From Candidatus Eiseniibacteriota bacterium (lineage in GTDB: Bacteria > Eisenbacteria > RBG-16-71-46): a stretch of 64,000 nucleotides of DNA. Shown in pieces: positions 34,479-46,590 of this stretch (positions are counted from its first letter, which is position 1; every line of letters starts with the position of its first letter). The notes beneath the pieces are model-generated. The model searched no databases. It saw only the letters and a list, made by a program, of their open reading frames with translations, and had not been told where the DNA came from. The stretch lies in the NCBI GenBank assembly GCA_044223005.1, contig JBGAML010000006.1, positions 160,001 through 224,000 of the forward strand, written 5' to 3'. The position numbers and the translations under genes are program-made.

Positions 34479-35297
34479 ATGCGGTCGCTGCTCAGGTTCG
34501 GTTGGATCGTCGCGCTGGTGCTGGCGGTTTTCGTTCCCGGTGTCGCGCGGGCCGATGGCCCCTCGGGCGGGGCGAAGGTCCAGGACGCGCTCGAGCAGAC
34601 CGATCGCCGCATCGCGCTCGCCGAGACGCTGGTCGGCGAGAACCCGAACACCACCGCGCAGGCCGAGCTGACGGCCGCGCACGACCTCCAGTCGCGCGCC
34701 CGCAGTGCCTATGCGGCGAACCAGCTGCTGCTCGCGAGCGGCGCCACGATGCAGGCGCGCGAGCACGCCGATCGTGCGATCGCGATCGTGCGCAACCTCC
34801 CGGATCCCGACCGCGTGCAGTCGCAGGTCGAGCGCACGCAGGACGTACTCGACCGCGCGCGCGAGCGTCTCGACGGCTGCGACGAGCCGCGCGCCCGCGC
34901 GCTGCTCAAGGTCGCGATGGCGATGCAGGAGCGCGCCCAGGGCGCGATGGCCGAGTCCCGCTACCTCGCCGCGCTGCAGCTGACGACCAGTGCGCGCGAG
35001 AAGGTCCTGCGGGCCATGCGGCTCTGCAACGTGGACGAATCGCTGGCCGACGCCGCCGCGCGCGCTCTCGCGCGGACCGACGACGTCATCAGCCGCTGCG
35101 CCGAACGGGTGGGCGCCGACGGATCGCAGACCTCGCGCGACCTCCTCGCGCGGGCGCAGACCCTCCAGGCGCAGGCGCACTCGGAGGCCCGGCTCGAGCG
35201 GTACGAATCGGCGCTCCGCATCACGCTGGGCGCCCGGACACTCGCCCAGCGTGCCGCGCGCCCGCTGCGCGCGGGCCGCGCCGACACCGGGCGCTGA
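34479..35297 (+). CDS. Secreted all-alpha protein with three repeats of about 75 aa
   Basis: SD GGAGG, signal peptide ending ARA, and a repeated A..LQ.RA.....Y.AAL.LT..AR..A.RA pattern. Confidence 0.8.
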   Translation: MRSLLRFGWIVALVLAVFVPGVARADGPSGGAKVQDALEQTDRRIALAETLVGENPNTTAQAELTAAHDLQSRARSAYAANQLLLASGATMQAREHADRAIAIVRNLPDPDRVQSQVERTQDVLDRARERLDGCDEPRARALLKVAMAMQERAQGAMAESRYLAALQLTTSAREKVLRAMRLCNVDESLADAAARALARTDDVISRCAERVGADGSQTSRDLLARAQTLQAQAHSEARLERYESALRITLGARTLAQRAARPLRAGRADTGR

Positions 35298-35318
35298 AGG
35301 GAGTTTCGGGCCGACCGC

Positions 35319-36686
35319 TTGAGCCGCGAGCCGCTGCACGACGGTGGAGGCGGCACCGCCGCGCTCCGTGTCGCCCCCTTCCGCGCCGCCACGCAGGCGT
35401 TCGCGATCGTGGGGCTCTTCGCGTGCCTGCTGGCCGCACCGTCGCCGGTGCGGGCCGCCGACAGCCTCGCGGTCCACGCGGAAATCGGCGGCTCGGTCGA
35501 CACCTCGAACGAGTTCTACTACGAGGACACGTACACCGACACGACGTTCCTCGGCCGCCGCCTGCACGACACGCCGGAGTCGCGCATCGCCGGCGTCGCC
35601 GCCGCCGAGATCGGCGGGCGGCACGGGCCCTTCGACTTCTCGCTGCGCCCCGAGGTGACGCTCGGCGACAAGGTGACGCGCCTCGCCTCGGCCGCCACGC
35701 TCTCGGCGCGCACCGACGGCGGCTGGCGATTCGTGCTCGAGCCCCGCGTCGAGCACTCGCGCGACCTGAGCTTCGGGATCACGCGCCGGCAGGAACTGTT
35801 CGCGACGCGCGCCCGCGCGCGCCGCACGTCCGTCACGGGGGCGGATGCGCTCGACCTGCGGGGCTCCGGCGAGTGGCTCTCGACGCCCGGCTCGAGCGAC
35901 CCCTTCCTGCTCGCGCATCGCGCCAGCTCGGTGGGCGCGGGCTGGAGCCACATGGGACTGTTCGGCCCGGACCTCGACCTGCGCTACGACCTGGTCGCGC
36001 GCGCGTTCCCTGATTCGCAGCCGCGGGATCACTTCGAGCACCAGGCCGCCCTCGGCCTGCACCAGGATTTCTCGGGCGGGCACGCCGCTGAGCTCGACGC
36101 CGAGCTCGACCGGCGCGTCACCCAGCACGTGGTCGGGAGCTCCCGCGACCGCTTCCTCGAAGGCCGCGCGGCCGCGCGGGGCGTGGTCCGCCTCGGGGAC
36201 GCGTGGTCGATCCGCGGGGGCGTCGAGGCCGAGCTGGTGCGCTACGACGCCCCGGACTCCGTGCTCGATTTCGACTACCACGTCGAGCGCGCGCACCTGA
36301 CCCTGCGGCGCGAGGTCGGCCTCGGCTTCTCGGCGGGCATCGGGCCGCGGGCCGAATGGCTGGGCGCGCCCTGGAATGCCGCGGAGCGCTACCACGAGTA
36401 CGGCGGGGCGATCGCGCTCGAGCTGCTCTCGGCGTCGCACTGGTGGTCGCTCGAGCCCTCGGCCGGCTGGCGCGGGTATGCGCTGTCCGAATCCGGCGGC
36501 ACGGGCGAGGACGTGGCGCTGCATTCCTCGTACGCCTTCCTGGACCTGCAGGCGATGGGGGACCAGGCGCTGCCGGGCCGGCTCAAGGCCCGCGTGATGC
36601 TGGCCGCGCGGCTCGAGAAGCACCGCGATGCCGCACAGGACGCGCGCAGCCTTTACTTCTCGTTCGACCTCCGTAGACTGTTCTGA
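35319..36686 (+). CDS. Putative outer-membrane beta-barrel protein (start uncertain)
   Basis: Signal peptide ending VRA, alternating amphipathic strands, C-terminal beta-signal LYFSFDLRRLF. Confidence 0.7.
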   Translation: MSREPLHDGGGGTAALRVAPFRAATQAFAIVGLFACLLAAPSPVRAADSLAVHAEIGGSVDTSNEFYYEDTYTDTTFLGRRLHDTPESRIAGVAAAEIGGRHGPFDFSLRPEVTLGDKVTRLASAATLSARTDGGWRFVLEPRVEHSRDLSFGITRRQELFATRARARRTSVTGADALDLRGSGEWLSTPGSSDPFLLAHRASSVGAGWSHMGLFGPDLDLRYDLVARAFPDSQPRDHFEHQAALGLHQDFSGGHAAELDAELDRRVTQHVVGSSRDRFLEGRAAARGVVRLGDAWSIRGGVEAELVRYDAPDSVLDFDYHVERAHLTLRREVGLGFSAGIGPRAEWLGAPWNAAERYHEYGGAIALELLSASHWWSLEPSAGWRGYALSESGGTGEDVALHSSYAFLDLQAMGDQALPGRLKARVMLAARLEKHRDAAQDARSLYFSFDLRRLF

Positions 36687-36713
36687 TTCCGGCTTCGGCC
36701 ACGGAGGGTTCGC

Positions 36714-38441
36714 ATGTCGCCTCGCGTTCGCGTGTTCCTGATCGTCCTCGTTCTCGTGGTGCTCGGCGCCACGGGGCTCTCGCTCGTGATGCGCGCGCAT
36801 CGCGGCTCGCACGCGACGGCCCGCAACAACGTGCTCGTCTGGGATGTGCCGGGCGATCTCGACGACGCGCCCCCGCGCACGTCGGCGTTCTCGTTCGCGG
36901 CGTTCCGGCGGATCTACCCGAGCCTCTGGGAAGTGCGCGACGCCCTGCACCGCGCGGCCGACGACGACGGCATTCGTGCGCTCGTGCTGCACGTGGGCGA
37001 CGTGCAGTGGGGCTGGGCGCGCCTCGCCGAGGTGCGCGACGCGATCGCGGAGTTCCGCCGCGCGGGCAAGCCCGTCTACGTGAGCCTGCAGGGAGGTTCG
37101 GACCAGTCGTACCTGCTGGTCGCGGGCGCGGATCACGTGGCCATGCCGCCGACCACGAACCTCTTCCTCGACGGCCTCACGGCGTCGGCGATGTTCCTGA
37201 AGGGCACCTACGACAAGCTCGGGATCCGCCCGAACTTCGCGCACGTCGGCCAGTTCAAGTCGGCGGTCGAGCAGTACACGCGCACCGATCTCTCACCGGC
37301 CGCGCGCCAGGCGATGGAGGCGCTGCTCGACGACGAGTACGGCCTGCTGGTGGATTCGCTGGCCGCCGCGCGCCACCTGACGGCGGACGAGGTGCGGGCC
37401 CGCATCGACGAGGGGCCCTATACGGCCGCGGAGGCCGTGCGCGCGGGCCTCGTGGACACGCTGCTCGACGAGCGCGACCTGGATTCGCTGGCCGTGCGCG
37501 GGCGGGGGCACGAAGCGCTGGGCACGCGGACGATGGCGCAGTACCTCGAGGGGATCGAGGACTTCGAGACGGGGGACGAGATCGCCGTGATCTCGGCCGC
37601 CGGCACGATCGTGCCGGGCAAGAGCCGCGAGTCGGGCTGGTCGGGTGCCGACCTCGGCTCCGAGACGCTCGTGAACCAGCTCCGCGACGCGGCCGAGGAC
37701 CACGACGTGAAGGCGATCGTGCTCTGGGTCGACAGCCCGGGGGGCTCGGGCGACGCCTCCGACGACGTGTGGCAGGAGGTGCGTCGCGTGCGCCGGACCA
37801 AGCCCGTCGTCGTGAGCATGTCCAACCTCGCGGCCTCGGGCGGCTACTACATCGCCTGCGGTGCCGACGCGATCGTCGCGCAGCCGGGCACCATCACGGG
37901 CTCGATCGGCGTCTTCGGGGGCAAGCTCAACATCCTCGGGCTCTACCAGAAGCTCGGCCTGAACGTCGAGTCCGTCTCGCGCGGCCGGCACGCCGAGATG
38001 ATGTCGTCCTTCAAGGACTTCTCGCCCGAGGAGGCCGAGCGTTTCCAGGCCCAGCTCGACGCGTTCTACCAGGTGTTCATCGGCCGCGTCGCGAGCGGAC
38101 GCGGGCTCGCGACGGCCGCGGTGGATTCGGTGGGGCAGGGGCGCGTGTGGTCGGGCACGGCCGCGCGCCGCTTCGGGCTCGTCGATTCGCTCGGGGGCAT
38201 CGAGCTGGCGGTGTCGATCGCGCGCCAGCGCGCCCACGCCGACGACGACGTGCCGGCGCGGCTGTTCCCGCGCCCGAAGCACGTCTACTTCCGCCGCCTG
38301 CTCGACGACGTGCTCGACGAGGAGCAGGACCAGGCGAAGCTCGGCACGCTGCCGCCCGTCGTGTCGGCGTGGCTGCGGGCGTCGCGGTTCCCGACCGGGC
38401 AGGTGCTCGCGCTCCTGCCGTGGGAGATCGACATCCGCTGA
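36714..38441 (+). CDS. sppA: Signal peptide peptidase SppA (long form)
   Basis: Tandem S49 domains, GQFKSAVE, VDSPGGS, AASGGY, TITGSIGV, GQGRVWSG. Confidence 0.95.
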   Translation: MSPRVRVFLIVLVLVVLGATGLSLVMRAHRGSHATARNNVLVWDVPGDLDDAPPRTSAFSFAAFRRIYPSLWEVRDALHRAADDDGIRALVLHVGDVQWGWARLAEVRDAIAEFRRAGKPVYVSLQGGSDQSYLLVAGADHVAMPPTTNLFLDGLTASAMFLKGTYDKLGIRPNFAHVGQFKSAVEQYTRTDLSPAARQAMEALLDDEYGLLVDSLAAARHLTADEVRARIDEGPYTAAEAVRAGLVDTLLDERDLDSLAVRGRGHEALGTRTMAQYLEGIEDFETGDEIAVISAAGTIVPGKSRESGWSGADLGSETLVNQLRDAAEDHDVKAIVLWVDSPGGSGDASDDVWQEVRRVRRTKPVVVSMSNLAASGGYYIACGADAIVAQPGTITGSIGVFGGKLNILGLYQKLGLNVESVSRGRHAEMMSSFKDFSPEEAERFQAQLDAFYQVFIGRVASGRGLATAAVDSVGQGRVWSGTAARRFGLVDSLGGIELAVSIARQRAHADDDVPARLFPRPKHVYFRRLLDDVLDEEQDQAKLGTLPPVVSAWLRASRFPTGQVLALLPWEIDIR

Positions 38442-38458
38442 GCGTGCGGTGGGCAAGC

Positions 38459-38494
38459 GAAAGGGCGCGTCCCGCGGAGCGGGGCGCGCCCTTC
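38459..38494. terminator. Hairpin between convergent sppA and cytochrome c genes
   Basis: AAGGGCGCGTCCCGC-GGA-GCGGGGCGCGCCCTT. Confidence 0.65.
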
Positions 38495-38514
38495 GTGCGT
38501 CCGGACGTGTGCGG

Positions 38515-38898
38515 TCAGCGACCCGCGAGCACGTGGATGTAGGCGATCAGGTTCTCGATGTCCGCAGGCTTGACCTGGCCCGTCTTGCCCCACGCGACCA
38601 TGCCCGAGGGCAGCTTGCCGTTGGTGATGCAGTCGCGCATGTAGGCGTCCATGTTCTTGCGCTTGGGATCCGCCCACGTCTTCGGCGACTTCCAGTTCGG
38701 GGTCGGATTGCCGGTGAGCTTCACGCCGCCCGTGCCATCGGCCTTGTGGCAGGCGATGCACTTGACGTTGAAGATCGCCTTGCCGGCGGCGGCGTTGCCC
38801 TTGGCGGGAGCCGGAGCAGCGGTGGCGATCGCGGCGCCCAGCGTCGCGACCACGATCATCCCAACGGTCGCGGTGCGCAGGTTCATCGGGAAGGACAT
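38515..38898 (-). CDS. Class I c-type cytochrome (monoheme, exported)
   Basis: Signal peptide, CIACH, distal Met (GMVAW), SD AAAGGAG. Confidence 0.9.
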   Translation of the reverse strand: MSFPMNLRTATVGMIVVATLGAAIATAAPAPAKGNAAAGKAIFNVKCIACHKADGTGGVKLTGNPTPNWKSPKTWADPKRKNMDAYMRDCITNGKLPSGMVAWGKTGQVKPADIENLIAYIHVLAGR

Positions 38899-38966
38899 GA
38901 TGATGCGGGCTCCTTTCGAATCACGTGAGCGAGCCGGTGCGGGGAACCGGCGTGGGAGGGTCGCGC

Positions 38967-38995
38967 AAGGTAAGCGTCGGCGCGTTCCCCGTCAA
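38967..38995 (-). promoter_or_regulatory. sigma70-type promoter of the cytochrome c gene
   Basis: TTGACG-17-TACCTT on the minus strand. Confidence 0.6.
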
Positions 38996-39086
38996 AAGAA
39001 CAAGACGCTCGTGCCGTCCCAACCGCATGGGGGACGGTGAGGTGCCACCCTCGGATGCACCTTTCGACACATAGTTTCGGGTCTTC

Positions 39087-39116
39087 TTGACCCTGCTTGA
39101 GAGCGGGTGCTAGTTT
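39087..39116 (+). promoter_or_regulatory. sigma70-type promoter of the EF-G paralogue
   Basis: TTGACC-18-TAGTTT with extended -10 TG. Confidence 0.55.
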
Positions 39117-39217
39117 CCCAACTCACTTGCAGTTACGCCCATTCGTGCTCGCGGGTCCGCGGACCGGCGAGCGTTATTGATTCCGCACTCATGCCCGCCC
39201 TCATCGGGAGGTGTCGT

Positions 39218-41314
39218 GTGAAAGAGTTTCCCACCACCCAGATCCGGAACGTCGCCCTCGTCGCCCACCACGGCGTCGGCAAGACGTCACTCGCCGAGGC
39301 CATGCTCTTCAACGCCAAGGCGACGACGCGCCTGGGCCGGATCGCCGACGGCACGACGTTGCTCGATCACGCTCCGGACGAGGTTTCGCGCCAGATCACG
39401 ATCGACCTGGGTCTCGCGCAGTTCGAGTGGCAGGGACACAAGGTGAACCTCCTCGACACGCCCGGTTACCCGGATTTCGTCGGCGACGTCTACAGCGCGC
39501 TGCGCGTGGCGGACGCCGCGGTGCTGCTGCTGCGCGGCAGCGCGGGCGTCGAGGTCGGCACCGAGGTCGTGTGGGAAGTGCTCAAGCAGGAGAAGTCGCC
39601 GATCCTCGTGGTCGTCAACATGATGGACAAGGAGCACGCGAACTTCGCCGCCGCCGTCAGCAGCTGTCACGACCGGCTCGGCCTGAACGCGGTGCCCGTC
39701 CAGCTCCCGATCGGCGAGGCCGAGGACTTCCACGGCATCATCGACCTGATCGAGAACAAGGCCTGGAAGTTCACGGGCAAGGGCATGGAGGAGAAGAGCG
39801 AGGCGATCGCGATTCCCGCCGAGCTCGCCGAGGCCGCCGCGGCCGCGCGCGCCACGCTGCTCGAGGAGGCCGCGACCGGTGACGAGCAACTCATGGAGAA
39901 GTTCCTCTCGACCGGTGACCTGACCGTCGAGGAGATCCGCAAGGGCCTCTGCGAGCGCGTCGAAGCCTGCGACCTCGCGCCGGTGTTCTGCTGCTCCGCG
40001 TACCACAACCTCGGCGTCAAGGAGCTGCTCGACGAGATCGTCGACGTGCTGCCCTCGCCGCTGGACGCGCACCCGCAGAAGGGCGAGGCGGGCTCGGGCG
40101 AGATCACGTGCAAGCCGGACGTGGCAGAGCCGGTGGCCGCCACCGTGTTCAAGACGCTGGCCGAGGCGCACCTCGGCGAGCTCTCGCTGATCCGCATCTG
40201 GTCGGGCAAGTTCGAGCCCGGCCGCGAACTCGTGAACACGTCGCGCGGCCGGCCCGAGAAGATCGGCAACCTCTACCACCTGACGGGCAAGGAGCGCTCG
40301 GACTGCAAGCTCGCCGTCGCGGGCGACATCGTCGCGGCCGTGAAGCTGCGCGAGACGCACACGGGGGACACGCTGGCGGACAAGACCCGCCCGGTGAAGC
40401 TCTCGCCGCCGGACTTCCCGCTGCCCGTCGCCGCGGAGTGCATTCGCGCGAAGAACAAGGGCGACGAGGAGAAGATGGCGCAGGGCATTTCGCGCCTCCA
40501 CGAGGAAGACCCCACGCTCCAGCGCCAGTACGAGGAGAGCACTCACGAGCATCTGGTGCTCGGCATGGGCGATCTGCACCTCGAGATCCTGGTCGAGCGC
40601 CTCAAGAAGCGCTTCGGCGTCGACGTGCTGCTCTCCAAGCCGCACGTGCCCTACCGCGAGACGATCAAGTCCAAGGCCCAGGACGAGTACCGCCACAAGA
40701 AGCAGTCGGGCGGGCGCGGGCAGTTCGGCGAAGTGCACCTGCGCGTCGAACCGTTGCCGCGCGGTGGCAAGTTCGAGTTCGCGGACGAGGTGAAGGGCGG
40801 CGTGATTCCCGGGCAGTACATCCCGGCCGTCGAGAAGGGCGTCGTCTCCGGCATGGAGAAGGGCCCGGTCGCCGGTTACCCCGTCGTCGACGTCAAGGTG
40901 GCCGTGTTCTTCGGCAAGTACCACGACGTCGATTCGTCCGAAATGGCGTTCAAGATCGCGGCCGAGACCTGCTTCCACCAGGTCGTGCTCAAGGCGTCGC
41001 CGGTGCTGCTCGAGCCGTACAGCGACATCGTCGTCCGTGTGCCCGAGGAGTTCCTCGGCGACGTGATGGGCGACATGTCTTCGCGGCGCGGCAAGATCCT
41101 CGGCACCGAGGCCGACGGCCACTACCAGGTGATCAAGGCCAAGGCACCGGTCGCGGAGCTCTACAAGTACGCGACGCACCTGCGGTCGATCACGCAGGGC
41201 CGCGGCATGCACGGCGCCAAGTTCTCCCACTACGAAGAGGTGCCACGCGAACTCGCCGACAAGGTGATCGCGGCGGCCAAGGCGGAGCGGGAGGCGGGCG
41301 CCGCGCACGCCTGA
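39218..41314 (+). CDS. fusA: Elongation factor G paralogue (EF-G2 type), outside the str operon
   Basis: IRNVAL, AHHGVGKT, DTPGYPDF, GMGDLHLE, KQSGGRGQF, HDVDSSEMAF; SD GGAGG before GTG. Confidence 0.92.
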   Translation: MKEFPTTQIRNVALVAHHGVGKTSLAEAMLFNAKATTRLGRIADGTTLLDHAPDEVSRQITIDLGLAQFEWQGHKVNLLDTPGYPDFVGDVYSALRVADAAVLLLRGSAGVEVGTEVVWEVLKQEKSPILVVVNMMDKEHANFAAAVSSCHDRLGLNAVPVQLPIGEAEDFHGIIDLIENKAWKFTGKGMEEKSEAIAIPAELAEAAAAARATLLEEAATGDEQLMEKFLSTGDLTVEEIRKGLCERVEACDLAPVFCCSAYHNLGVKELLDEIVDVLPSPLDAHPQKGEAGSGEITCKPDVAEPVAATVFKTLAEAHLGELSLIRIWSGKFEPGRELVNTSRGRPEKIGNLYHLTGKERSDCKLAVAGDIVAAVKLRETHTGDTLADKTRPVKLSPPDFPLPVAAECIRAKNKGDEEKMAQGISRLHEEDPTLQRQYEESTHEHLVLGMGDLHLEILVERLKKRFGVDVLLSKPHVPYRETIKSKAQDEYRHKKQSGGRGQFGEVHLRVEPLPRGGKFEFADEVKGGVIPGQYIPAVEKGVVSGMEKGPVAGYPVVDVKVAVFFGKYHDVDSSEMAFKIAAETCFHQVVLKASPVLLEPYSDIVVRVPEEFLGDVMGDMSSRRGKILGTEADGHYQVIKAKAPVAELYKYATHLRSITQGRGMHGAKFSHYEEVPRELADKVIAAAKAEREAGAAHA

Positions 41315-41427
41315 CATGGAGGTCGTGTTCGAGGCCGGCGCCGGCGGCGCCAGCGGGTCGTGCGCGAAATTCACGTGTCGCGACGAACCGCTTGCGAAGC
41401 CGGCGCGCTAGCCTCAGCATCTCGCGC

Positions 41428-41964
41428 ATGCGCGTCCTGGGATTGGACCCTGGCAGCCGACGGACCGGCTTCGGCGTCGTCGAACGGAGCGGCAATCGCC
41501 TGCGCTGCGTCGAGCACGGCTGCGTGACGCCGCCCGCGACCGCGCCGCTGGCGCAGCGGCTGCACTTCATCGCCCGCGAGGTGGGCGCGATCATGGAGCG
41601 CGTGGCGCCCGACGCGGTCGTGGTCGAGGAGGCCTTCTTCCGCGAGAACGTGCGCTCGGCGATGGTGCTGGGGCACGTGCGCGGCGCGCTGCTCGTGGCG
41701 GGCGTCGAGCGGAACCTCGAGGTGGTCGAGTACAGCCCGCGTGAGATCAAGCTGGGCGTGACCGGCAACGGCGGCGCCGCCAAGGAGCAGGTCGCGTTCA
41801 TGGTGCGCCGGCTGCTCGCGCTCGAGGAACTGCCGGGCGCCGACGCGGCCGACGCGCTCGCCGGCGCGATCTGCCACCTGAACCGCTCGCGATTCGTGGC
41901 CCCGCGACGTACGGGCTCGGCGGCGAAGAAGCTCGAGGCCCTGCTCGCGAGGGCGGTGCGATGA
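41428..41964 (+). CDS. ruvC: Holliday junction resolvase
   Basis: MRVLGLDPG..RTGFG, VVEE, IKLGVTGNGGAAKEQV, DAADALA. Confidence 0.96.
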   Translation: MRVLGLDPGSRRTGFGVVERSGNRLRCVEHGCVTPPATAPLAQRLHFIAREVGAIMERVAPDAVVVEEAFFRENVRSAMVLGHVRGALLVAGVERNLEVVEYSPREIKLGVTGNGGAAKEQVAFMVRRLLALEELPGADAADALAGAICHLNRSRFVAPRRTGSAAKKLEALLARAVR

Positions 41965-42593
41965 TCGCATCGGTGCGCGGACGTTTGCTCGAACGCAACG
42001 AGGGGGGCGTCGTCGTCGAGGCGGCGGGCGTGGGCTACCACGTGCACGTCTCCTCGCACACGCTCGCGGCGCTGCCGGCGGAGGGGCAGGAAGTGTTCCT
42101 GCGCACGCGACAGGTGGTGCGCGAGGATGCACTCATGCTGTTCGGGTTCGCCGAGAGCGACGAGCTCAAGCTCTTCGACCTGCTGATCGGCGTGAGTGGC
42201 GTGGGCCCCAAGCTGGCCCTCGCGGCGCTCTCGGGCCTCAAGCCGGCGGCGCTGGGACGGGCGATCCGCGACGAGAACCTCGCGGCGATCGTCGCGGTGC
42301 CGGGCATCGGCAAGAAGACCGCCGAGCGGCTCGTGGTCGAGCTGCGCGACAAGGTCGACTTCCTGCCGATGGCGGCGGCTGCGCCCCCGGCGCGCGGTGC
42401 GCGCGACGGCGTGCTGCCGAAGGGCGAGCGGTTCGAGGACGCGGTCGCGGCGCTCGTCACGCTCGGCTGGAACACCGTCCAGGCGCAGGAGGCCGTGCGC
42501 AAGGCGGCCGACGAGGGCGCCGAGGCGACGACGGAACAACTGGTGAAGCGCGCGCTGGCCCGGCTCGGCCGCGCGGCGGTGACGCAGCGCTGA
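41961..42593 (+). CDS. ruvA: Holliday junction branch migration protein RuvA
   Basis: [38 protein letters not shown]. Confidence 0.97.
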   Translation: MIASVRGRLLERNEGGVVVEAAGVGYHVHVSSHTLAALPAEGQEVFLRTRQVVREDALMLFGFAESDELKLFDLLIGVSGVGPKLALAALSGLKPAALGRAIRDENLAAIVAVPGIGKKTAERLVVELRDKVDFLPMAAAAPPARGARDGVLPKGERFEDAVAALVTLGWNTVQAQEAVRKAADEGAEATTEQLVKRALARLGRAAVTQR

Positions 42594-42618
42594 CGGCGCG
42601 GCCCATGAGGACACCCCG

Positions 42619-43698
42619 ATGAGCGACAGCACCGGCAAGCGCCCCGCCGAACATCCGGCCCGCCTGGCCGATCCCGCACCGTTCCCGGAGGACGTGCGCG
42701 AGGAGAAGCGGCTGCGGCCGCTGGCGCTCGACGAGTTCGTCGGCCAGCCGCAGGTGCGCCAGCAGCTGGCGATCTTCCTCGAGGCTGCGAAGCGCCGCGG
42801 CGAGGCACTCGACCACGTGCTGTTCCACGGACCGCCCGGGCTCGGCAAGACCACGCTCGCGTCGATCCTCGCACACGAGCTGGGCGTCGAGATCACGCAC
42901 ACGTCGGGACCGGTGATCGAGCGGCCGGGCGACCTCGCCGGCCTGCTCACGAACCTGGGGCCGCGCGGCATCCTGTTCGTGGACGAGATCCACCGCCTGA
43001 GCCCGGTCGTGGAGGAGTACCTCTATTCGGCGCTCGAGGACTTCACGCTCGACATCCTCCTCGATCGTGGCCCCAGCGCTCGCTCGCTCAAGATCAACCT
43101 CGATCCGTTCACGCTGGTCGGCGCGACCACGCGCTCGGGGCTGCTGTCGGCGCCCATGCGCGCACGCTTCGGCGTCACGATGCGCATGGACTTCTACGGC
43201 GCCGACGACCTCGCGCGCATCGTGCGCCGCTCGGCCGGGATCCTCGAGACGTCCCTCGACGACGACGCCGCGCTCGAGATCGCGCGCCGCTCGCGCGGCA
43301 CGCCCCGAGTGGCGAACCGCCTGCTGCGACGCGTGCGCGACTTCGCGCTCATCAAGGCCAACGGGCATGTGACGCTCGGCGTCACCCGCGAGGCGCTGCG
43401 CCTGCTCGACGTGGACGAGCGCGGCCTCGACGAGATGGACCGGCGGCTGCTGGAGGCCCTGATCCACCGCTACGACGGCGGCCCCGTGGGCCTGCAGTCG
43501 GTCGCGGTCGTGCTCGGCGAGGACGTCACCACGCTCGAGGACGTCTACGAGCCCTTCCTCGTGCAGGAAGGCTTCGTCCGCCGCACCGCGCGCGGCCGCG
43601 AGGCCACGCGCATGGCGTACGAGCACCTCGGCCTGCCGCTGCCCGCGCGCCTGGGTGGCGCCGCCGGGTCGGACCCGCCCGAGCTGCCGCTCGGCTGA
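42619..43698 (+). CDS. ruvB: Holliday junction branch migration helicase RuvB
   Basis: [38 protein letters not shown]. Confidence 0.98.
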   Translation: MSDSTGKRPAEHPARLADPAPFPEDVREEKRLRPLALDEFVGQPQVRQQLAIFLEAAKRRGEALDHVLFHGPPGLGKTTLASILAHELGVEITHTSGPVIERPGDLAGLLTNLGPRGILFVDEIHRLSPVVEEYLYSALEDFTLDILLDRGPSARSLKINLDPFTLVGATTRSGLLSAPMRARFGVTMRMDFYGADDLARIVRRSAGILETSLDDDAALEIARRSRGTPRVANRLLRRVRDFALIKANGHVTLGVTREALRLLDVDERGLDEMDRRLLEALIHRYDGGPVGLQSVAVVLGEDVTTLEDVYEPFLVQEGFVRRTARGREATRMAYEHLGLPLPARLGGAAGSDPPELPLG

Positions 43699-43711
43699 GC
43701 CGTCCGCGTCC

Positions 43712-44749
43712 GTGCGCCCCGACCTGCTCGACTACGAGCTGCCCGAGGAGCTGATCGCGCAGCACCCGGCCGCACGCCGCGAGGACGCGCGCCTGCTGGT
43801 GGTCGAGCGCGCCAGCGGCCGGCTGCACGATCGCCGGATCGCCGACCTGCCCGACTGGCTGCACGCGCACGACGCGCTGGCGCTCAACGAGACGCGCGTA
43901 CGCCCGGCCCGCCTCGACGTCCGGCGCGAGAGCGGTGGGCGCGTCGAGCTGCTGTTCGTGCGGCCGGAGCCGGGCGTGCCCGGCGAGGCCTGGCGCGTGC
44001 TCGCCAAGCCGGCCAAGCACGTCGCGCCCGGCGCGCACCTCGCCACCGCCGACGGTGCGCTCGAGCTCGTCGGCGTCGCCGCGGGCGAACAGGGCGAACG
44101 AGTCGTGCGCGTGGTCGCGGGCGATCTCGCCGCCACGCTGCGCGCGCAGGGCGCGATGCCGCTGCCGCCGTACATCCGCCGCGCGGCGGAGCCCGAGGAC
44201 GCCGAGCGCTACCAGACCGTGTTCGCGCGCGTGGACGGCGCGGTCGCCTCGCCGACGGCGGGGCTGCACTTCAGCGATCCGCTGCTCGCGCGGCTGGCCG
44301 CGCAGGGCGTGGCGCACGCGCGGCTGCTGCTGCACGTGGGCCCGGGCACCTTCCGGCCGCTCACCGCCGACGACCCGAAGGACCACCGCATGGACGAGGA
44401 GTGGTTCGAGGTCGGCGAGGCCGCGGCGGCCACGCTCAACGGCGCGCGCGCCGCGGGCGGGCGGATCGTGGCGGTGGGCACGACGAGCGTGCGCGCGCTG
44501 GAGAGCGCGTGCGACGCGAGCGGTGGCGTGCTGGCGCCGGCGTCGGGGTGGACGCGCAAGTACATCCTGCCGCCCTATCGCTGGCAGGCGGTGGACGCGC
44601 TGATGACCAACTTCCACCTGCCGCGCACCACGCTGCTGCTCCTCGTCGCGGCGTTCGCGGGCGAGGACCTGCTGCGCGAGGCCTACGCGCACGCCGTGCG
44701 GGAGCGCTACCGCTTCTACTCGTACGGCGACGCGATGCTCGTCGTCTGA
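43712..44749 (+). CDS. queA: S-adenosylmethionine:tRNA ribosyltransferase-isomerase
   Basis: DYELPEELIAQHP, PLPPYI, YQTVFA, PTAGLHF, VGTTSVRALE, TNFHLP, YRFYSYGDAM. Confidence 0.97.
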   Translation: MRPDLLDYELPEELIAQHPAARREDARLLVVERASGRLHDRRIADLPDWLHAHDALALNETRVRPARLDVRRESGGRVELLFVRPEPGVPGEAWRVLAKPAKHVAPGAHLATADGALELVGVAAGEQGERVVRVVAGDLAATLRAQGAMPLPPYIRRAAEPEDAERYQTVFARVDGAVASPTAGLHFSDPLLARLAAQGVAHARLLLHVGPGTFRPLTADDPKDHRMDEEWFEVGEAAAATLNGARAAGGRIVAVGTTSVRALESACDASGGVLAPASGWTRKYILPPYRWQAVDALMTNFHLPRTTLLLLVAAFAGEDLLREAYAHAVRERYRFYSYGDAMLVV

Positions 44750-44947
44750 GCCCATCCGGGGCCCGGCCGCGGCCGGCGGCCCCCCGCGACGTTGCATCCT
44801 GCACGATCCGGCCCCCGGACCGGGGTGCGAGCGCGCGAAAATGCCGGCGAACCCGTCGGTTCGCCGGCATCGGTTGCTACGCTTATGGGGACCGCCCGCC
44901 CGTTCCGCCGCGGCCCCGTGGGCCCCGGCGGCCGTCTCAGCGTCCCG

Positions 44948-46498
<1,551 letters not shown>

Positions 46499-46590
46499 GG
46501 ACTCCTCCTCTCGCAGCACGCGATCGGCGCGAGCCTAGGCACGCGGTGTGGGCGGGTCAAGCACGCCGGCGCACGCCCGGAGGCCCGGCG

